Source of the DNA: Oopsacas minuta | Taxonomy: Eukaryota > Animalia > Porifera | Length of the DNA stretch: 64,000 bases | Assembly: GCA_024704765.1 (NCBI GenBank) | Contig: JAKMXF010000356.1 | Span: forward strand, 94,076-158,075 | Direction of reading: 5' to 3' | In this document: one piece after another, positions 56,585 to 64,000 of the stretch | Layout: each line of letters begins with the position of its first letter | Position numbering within the stretch: the first letter of the stretch is position 1 | The notes under the pieces: generated by a model | Seen by the model: only the letters and a program-made list of their open reading frames with translations | What the model was told of the DNA's origin: nothing | Database searches by the model: none | Made by a program: the position numbers and the translations under genes

Positions 56585-57451
56585 ATGAGTTCACTACTTA
56601 GGCCTACTTCCCCTGACTATGACATGGAGGTGGATGTAGATTCACTGGAATTCCAGAAGAGAGAAGAACAACTGTCTCTACTGCCCTCCAACCAATCAGA
56701 TCACATCCTCGAGAGCTTAGAGAAAGACGATGTGTTCGATATGGGAGTAGACGGCTCGTCTTGTGAAGAAAAACCTGCGTTTTCGTATAACTCTTTGATA
56801 ATGATGGCTATCCGTAACAGCCCTGACAATAAACTGACTCTATCCGGTATCTACGATTACATCTCCACGCATTACCCCTTTTATAAGCGACACAAACCTG
56901 GATGGCAGAATTCCATAAGGCACAATCTGTCGCTAAACAAATGCTTTATTAAAATTCCTCGGCCTTATGACGACCCCGGGAAAGGAAACTACTGGACACT
57001 CAGTCCAGAATGTGACGATATGTTTATAGGCAGTCCGGGGGGTAAACTTAGGAAGAGGTCCCGCTCTCGGAAACCTAAGGCACTCAGGAAATACGCATCA
57101 TGTGAAACTATGAATCATCTGGGTACAGAGGACAGTTTCACACCTCTGGGGTCACACAGGAGCCTCGCAACCTCTCAAACTCTCCTCCCAATTATAGGGC
57201 TACAGCCCCAGACGCTTGAATCTACAAATCATAACTTATCAAAAGGGAAATCCTTCTCCATGGAGGCTCTCTTGTCCCCAGCTACTCAGCACTCATTGGT
57301 ACCGCAATTAATAATAGCTCACCCCCAGACCCCCCTAGTCCCCCAAATAAGCCTCAATCCAGGAATGTATATCCCAAATATTCAAATGTTGTCTCATTAT
57401 CCCGTCTCTTTAATTGCATGTCAGCCAGGACAAGATGAACCAATCAGCTGA
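56585..57451 (+). CDS. FOXG: Forkhead transcription factor, FoxG subfamily, intronless
   Basis: [14 protein letters not shown]...[40 protein letters not shown] carries the FoxG-type wing. Confidence 0.88.
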   Translation: MSSLLRPTSPDYDMEVDVDSLEFQKREEQLSLLPSNQSDHILESLEKDDVFDMGVDGSSCEEKPAFSYNSLIMMAIRNSPDNKLTLSGIYDYISTHYPFYKRHKPGWQNSIRHNLSLNKCFIKIPRPYDDPGKGNYWTLSPECDDMFIGSPGGKLRKRSRSRKPKALRKYASCETMNHLGTEDSFTPLGSHRSLATSQTLLPIIGLQPQTLESTNHNLSKGKSFSMEALLSPATQHSLVPQLIIAHPQTPLVPQISLNPGMYIPNIQMLSHYPVSLIACQPGQDEPIS

Positions 57452-58055
57452 TAGCTTTGCATAATTTGAATTTGTTGTTAATATTATTTGCAAAATACGC
57501 TTTTTGATTGATTTTTTGATAAATTTGCGGCAATTTTAATATAATTATTTTCCTCAAAAAATGAAATAGTTTTCAAATAATTGAAATGTATTACAATTAG
57601 AAATGACACAACAACTACAAATTGAAAATATTAGCCAATCAATATTCATGCATTTTTGGGAAATATGGCTACACAAAGACAGCAGCTAGTTTAACCAAAT
57701 ATAATTGTCAGAAATAAATGATAATAGCTAACATCATATTTGTCAAACATTCCAATCTATTTGCATAGCAACACGTGCGGTAATCTTGTTACACAAATAA
57801 CCAAACAAATGCTTCAACACAATCACAAGATAAATAGAATTTTCTGGAAAATAAATACAAATAATCTCAGATAAAGTAAATGCGATTAGTTGACAAATAT
57901 ACAAATCAGTGAAAATATTGATAACCACCTCTATAAGATAAATTCTCATAAGTTATTGGTTAATTAAATAAACGTATGTATATTATACACATAGAAAACT
58001 TACATAGTATATCACCTTATGTTAAATAGTCAGGACATAAATATTTAATAAAAAC

Positions 58056-60069
58056 TCAAATTTTTTTCTCAGGTATCCAGAATTCAGCTCGGCGTTTCTT
58101 CAGAGAATCAACTTCAATCTTTAGCTCTGCTATCATTTTCTTGTCGTCAATGCCCTCTTCAACTAATCTGTCAAAATCTTCTCTGTATTCTTGCTTTAGT
58201 TTGTAAAATTCCTTTTTCAAATCTGACATCTCAGCCCGTAATTGGTCAAATTCGGACGGATCAATAGACCGTGCTAGAATCTCGACATTCTCCGGAGCCT
58301 TGGGGACTGAGGGACGAGCCTGATCGTGAGAGGCCCGACGGACCGGCGCCTTCTGTTCCTCTTGAGTGACAGGATCTTCTATAAATAGAATGAAGTAAGT
58401 AAAAAATATAATTAAGTAATAAATCAGGTAACATTTGGTCATTTGAAATGCAAATTATTCTATTCACGCAGATGGACAAAATATAGAATTTGATTGGCTG
58501 CACACACCCTGAGAGTCTATAGCTCTGGACAGCAGCAGATCACGAGAGGGCGGACGCTTGGCCCCAGACGGCGGTCTGACGCGGTCCTTGGTTGGATGTC
58601 TGAGTGCAACTTCGTCGTCGAGGGGGGGCTTACCCTGGATGGCCCGCGGAGCCTGGACAGGCGCGGGAATCTGTCCGTTGTCGGTAGGCGGTACCATAGG
58701 ATCAGGCCCCACGTTGAGTTTATTTCTTCTGTCCAGTTTCCGTTGGAGCTCATTTGTAGGACCGCTACGCTTGGGGGTCGGCGCAGGGGCACCCTTGAGG
58801 GAGGGCTTCCTCGGAATAGAGGGCTCAATCTCTGGTTCAGTCCGGGGGGCCTGAGACGGTTTGAGGAGTGGTTTCTGAGGAACTGACTTCAGAGCAGCCT
58901 CAGGAATAAGTTCTACAAAATTATTCGGGAATACTCCAGTCTTACCGTTAAGCCTTCCCTCCCACCAGCCCTCTGCGTGCTCTTTGTTAAGAATATCCAC
59001 AATGTCACCAATCTAGAATAAAACCACTTAAAAGAGGCACAAATGAGACACATTTAATTTTGTTACCTCTAATTTCAACTCGTCCTCTTCCTGAGGCTCG
59101 TAGCTGAATGCCACTTTAGCCCGCTCAATCTGATTGGATAACTTCTTCTCAGACGGTTTCCCTGCACAACAACGATAATTAAGGATTGGAATGAAGTTAT
59201 AATAAACAAATATTACAAACCTCCTTGGATAGGTATGATTGGGAGAGCTATGCCACCAACAGGTACCTTGTTCTTAACGTCTCTAGCGGTTTGTGTCGGA
59301 GCATCAGCTGGAGTTTCCTCAATAAATTCTACAAAGTTTGAGGGAAAAACTCCTCTTGAACCTTTATGAGACCCACTCAGCCACCCATCCTCCACCTGGT
59401 TGAATATCTCAACAATGTCTCCAACCTAAATATGATGAATAAACAAACAAACAAACAAACAAACAAACAAACAAGTGAACTAACTTCAAGTTTCAATTCG
59501 TCAGGATTCACAGGTTTGTAAGAAAATGTGACTTTTGCCCTTTGAGTCTTGTTAATACCTGTCCTAAGCGCGGGATCTGATTGGGTGGGAGCATATTTAG
59601 GCGCAGAGTGTCCTGTAGGAGATAAAACTTCAGATGGATAGCGAGGAGAAATCATCGTAAACACACAAACAAACAAACAAACAAACAAACAAGTGAGAAT
59701 TCATATTTTATTGAGTTAGCTAAATAAGCCAAATAATAACTCACAAACAGAACAGGCTTCAGTGCATAAAATGGTTACTAAACACCTCACATCAATCAAA
59801 TAAGGAATTTAATTATTATTTACTTATAAGAACTCTGTTGTTATGTACATACCTACGTTGTTGCTAGGGGGTGAAGGATTGGAATGTGTAGGCGTCATTG
59901 CAGCAACGAAATTATTCGGGAATACTCCTCTTTGCCCGTTTAACATTCCGCTCCACCAGCCGTCCTCCAGATCCCCGCCCGAAATAACTTCTGTAACCAC
60001 ATCCCCCATCTTCAGATCCAACTCATCTTCCTCACCAGCTTTGTAGTCAAATAATACTTTACATTCCAT
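58056..60069 (-). CDS. CD2AP/CIN85 (SH3KBP1)-like adaptor: three SH3 domains, Pro-rich region, C-terminal coiled coil
   Basis: Three SH3 domains with WW.G..G.FP.NFV, PxxxPR-like segment, and terminal coiled coil. Confidence 0.9.
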
Positions 60070-60197
60070 TGCTAATATCGGTAACTACGCAACAAGAGTA
60101 TCAAATATGTGAGAAATGAACGAGGAATTTATGAAAATGATAAAACTGATTACTCTGAAATATACAACTTTAAGTGGCAATAATAACAGGTGACCTG

Positions 60198-62278
60198 TTA
60201 GCAGTAGCTCTGCATGTCAGGACAGCTGAGTCTGAGTACAGCCTTTGTAAGGAACGGATGAGACAAGAGGTCACGGGCATTGGACCGGAGCCTCGGGTCT
60301 TTAACCAAAAGGTGTGAAATAAAATCTGTCAGCTGAGAGGAGTAGCGTTCCTGATTGGCTAGAACAGGGGACGGATTAGTGACCACTAGACCCATAGCAA
60401 CAGATTGTGTCTCTCTGAAATGTGGTGGTTCCCCCTCCATCATTTCAATTAGCATAATCCCTAGTGACCAGATGTCTACTTCTGTCCCGTACGGCTGCCT
60501 TAGAATAACCTCGGGGGCCATCCAATAAGGAGTACCGACCAGCGACTTCCTTCTGCTCCGTTGGGGGTCTGACACCTTGATACGTGCACAGTACCCGAAA
60601 TCTGACAACTTTACCTAAAAATAGAACAGGTTTCAATAATGAATTGAATTAAAACATTCCATACCCTTCCTTCGTTGTCAAGGAGAATAGAGTCAGATTT
60701 TATGTCTCTATGTATAATCCCTCTAGAATGCAGATAATCTAGAGCTAATAAGGTGTCTCTACAGACGAGAGCAGCTTCTGATTCGCTGAGTCTTCTAGAC
60801 AAGACAACCTCTGTAAGAGCACCAAGCTCCATGAGGTGCATTATCAACCATAACTCATTCTCTATCAAATAACTGCCATATGATGTCACTACTCTATCAT
60901 GATCCAATCTAAGAGGACAATAATTAAGAGATAAAGTAAATAATAACAACAGAATGACTAACGTCTTAGAAATGACTACTTCATTGAAGAGTAGTTCTCT
61001 CCTCTGTTGTCTCCTAACATCCATACGCTTTACAGCAACTGGTCTATCCTCCAGCACGTCCCTAGCCTTCCATACAGAAGCAGTACTACCTGCTCCAATT
61101 CTAAACAGTAGCTTGAATCTGATACGTGGATCTCCTGTAATGGAAATCTAATTTTAGAATTACAGCAGATATCTCTTATAATATCATATTCTGCTAAGGG
61201 TGTAATTAATAGCTATAAATATTGTAAATAGACCAAATCACAAACCTGGTAGGACAACGTATTTAAGTTTATCAGTGAAATCGTCGTAAGAGAAGTGACA
61301 AGGAGATGTCCTCTTCCTGGAGATAGGGGTAGTCTCTATAGGATATATTTACAAATAATATTATAGAAAGCAGGAAAATAGGCTTCTCTAACCTGTACTC
61401 TGCTCAATTAACATTTCTAACACAGGAGGACAACAGGTGACGGAATTATCCGAATAGTTCCGCTTATGACCAATCGATCTCTTCTCTGAATGAGTCAACT
61501 GATCACAGGGTGTGCTGATAGGGCTGTTTCTGGGGTGAAACTCCAGACCGCAGGAAGGAGACCGGGGAACTCTAAGAGGGGATGTGGTTTGGAAAGAGCG
61601 GAGAGAAGGAGCTACAAAAAATATTTCCCTCTCTTGTCCTAAATTTCTGACAGGTCTGAGGGAACTTAATTGGTCCGAGGAATTACTGACAGATGATTGG
61701 TTAAGTGAGTGATCTGATGTCCTAACAAAGCTGCCATTGGATTGGCTGAGTTTACTGCTAGGAGGAATGTATGGAGCAGATTTGGTGGAGGATAGTTTAT
61801 AATGTGTTATAGCTATAAATAGCATAATTGAATATGACAAATACGTAACAGGGAATGACTAAATATTAGTTTAATAAGCATTCAAATATAATTACAAATT
61901 TAGAATTCTCTAACTCAATATTTTGCCTAATGTAAACATAACAAATTACAAAACAATACGTACACAAAAATAATAGAATAAATGGGATTAGAACTCACAA
62001 TTAATTGCCTGTGAAGATGCTGTCTCGGATTCTTCTAGGAATTTAAACACTGAATCTAAGTCTGTATTATCATTAGAGGAAACTATGCCCTGTCTCCGAG
62101 GATAGGAGGGACATGTCTCAACCAATGAGCGCCATTGGGGAGGGAGACCATCGAAGAATCCTTTCTCCTGAGAATAGGACGCGTGGAAGCGATGCTCGAA
62201 ATTGATTGGTCCAGAAATAACGAGCCTCTGCTTGGGACGATCCTTGGAAGATCTGACAATATTTCTGATGGAATTCAT
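60198..62278 (-). CDS. Group II p21-activated kinase (PAK4/5/6-like), multi-exon
   Basis: N-terminal CRIB ISGPINFEHR..GLPPQW; kinase motifs VAVKRMDVRRQQRRELLFNEV, HRDIKSDSILL, DFG and GTPYWMAPE. Confidence 0.92.
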
Positions 62279-62518
62279 TAGGAACGAATTGACCAATCAA
62301 TTATCAGCTATTTGCATACTAGACATACAAGATAAGGATTAGGCATATTTAGACAATCCATGTATCAGAGAATCTAGAGAGTGGCAGAGAGCCACAAAAG
62401 ATTCAGTAAGCCACAATTAATTTCTTTGTAACAGAATGGAACAATAATGTGAATAAATAAAACAATGGATGTATGACACAATTAAAGTTCTGAGAATTAC
62501 ATTTGGAAGATAAAATAC

Positions 62519-62690
62519 TGTTAAACTTGTCTATACCGGCAAAGGAAGGGGCTGGTGAATCTTGGCAGTTAGAAACACGTGGCCGCTATAGAGAGGTGAT
62601 TATAATGGGAAATCGGAGAGGACTGTATTAAGGTGGACGCTATGTACAGGTGACCGTATTATAGAGGTGGCATTCATGCAGGGTTGACTG
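62519..62690. mobile_element. Degenerate TA-flanked Tigger-like MITE
   Basis: Ends TA|CTGTTAAACTTGTC and GCAGGGTTGACTG|TA; internal repeated GAGGTG..CGCTAT motifs. Confidence 0.4.
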
Positions 62691-64000
62691 TACATAACTT
62701 CAGTAAACCTAATTGTACAAATATGAACTCCCATCGATTAACAATAGCAAAATATCAGAATGCCTACTGTAACCATTCAGCCATTTTTCAGCATCAAATA
62801 ATGACAACATTAGCAGACCAAGTATGTGATCTTCTGAAGTTATAATATATCTTATTGATATATTACAATCATGATAAAGGTAGTAGCGGATTAAAATCGT
62901 TAGAAGTTATATTATGGAATTTCGGTATAATTATTACACGATAGTTAGAAGACAAATAATCGAATACAAATATTAATATCTCTGTGGAAGTCCCTCAGGG
63001 CTGCTGGTTAGTAACTTGGTTATAAGTAGACACCTCTGACACACATCGCAATTGCTCAGGTCATGCTCAAGAGAAAGAGGTAGAATATAAGAGGAAGGAA
63101 GTAGAGATGAAAAGAGGAAAAGAGAAAAGAGAAGAGAGAGAAAATATTAATCATTATGTTCAATTCTGATGGTATATATACTTGTTGGTGAGTTGCAGGC
63201 GTCACAACAGGTTTAGTATAAACTACAGTATTTCCGTAGTGACCACTTGCAACAACTGAAATGTTTGTAACGCTTGCAACACCTGCAATACTAGTCACAA
63301 CTGCACCGCATGCAACAACTACACTTGTGAAAAGAGTATAAATACGAGCAATAGTTTCATTTGGAATATTTCTTCTACTTCTCTCCAAGATGTCTAATCT
63401 CTTCACTCTCCTTCCTCCTCACGTTCCTATTCTCTCTACCTATTACAGTGCTACAGCCATACTCTGAATTCTACACTAACCTCTGCTCAATTTTCAGACA
63501 GAATTCTCTCAATTCTTCACTCACCTCAGACAGTATAAATATAAATTCCTATCTAACTGAACCTAGAAACATTAGAGATGCTAAAGAAGTGATTGGAAAT
63601 ACAATTATAATGTATGTTAATTGAATTTCATAATTGTTAAGAGCGTAGAATTATGATTTGAATATTTGAAATATTATGGAACTTATAATGCATAGAGTAG
63701 TGGAATAGTTATACTACAAAACATTCCTAAAATAGATTAAACAAGTAGTACAGTCAATGCAGGTTATAAGAACATCGTCGAGAAATGGAAATAAAGACCG
63801 TAAAAGCAGAATGTCTTAGAAAAGAACATGTTCCTATAACCAGCATGTCTTGTAAAGAAACAAGTTCTTATAACCAGCATGTCTCATAGCCGAACAAATT
63901 TTGGATTGAAAGCTGGGTAATGGAGTGTCTTGCTAGTATTATATAAAAACTGGCTAAGAAGATGGTAGACTATGGACTTTGACATGATTATCTAAGTAGA

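Noticed and set aside
58261-58886. Several overlapping alternative-frame and antisense ORFs (58261, 58494, 58517, 58558)
   Set aside because: By-products of the GC-rich, Pro-rich CD2AP exon; no independent motifs.

Overview
Gene-dense eukaryotic nuclear DNA, AT-rich (roughly 35-37% GC by eye), with many short GT-AG introns. The gene set is animal (caspase, FoxG, adhesion GPCR, CD2AP, group II PAK). Compactness and gene content suggest an early-branching metazoan such as a sponge; this is inference only. Left to right: a caspase with a long prodomain; a TAX1BP1/CALCOCO-like autophagy receptor; puromycin-sensitive aminopeptidase with a bHLH gene nested in an intron; a tandem array of an unrecognised intronless family (3 ORFs plus 1 remnant) containing a Transib-like MITE; a protein with two FGF-like beta-trefoils; USP36/42; a ~610-bp near-perfect palindrome; vasohibin with a probable U12 intron; an S8 protease; TRPT1 with an intronless RAD23 nested in an intron; Nup155; G3BP; ODC with an AUU-initiated uCC-like uORF; a MyTH4-FERM myosin; an adhesion GPCR; FoxG; CD2AP/CIN85; and a PAK4-like kinase. 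No rRNA, tRNA or CRISPR array was recognised. Exon models were spliced by eye, so boundaries are approximate. The top leads are the ODC uORF, the unrecognised tandem family, the Transib-like element, the palindrome, the two nested genes, the FGF-like protein and a strong window-wide excess of CAGCTG.
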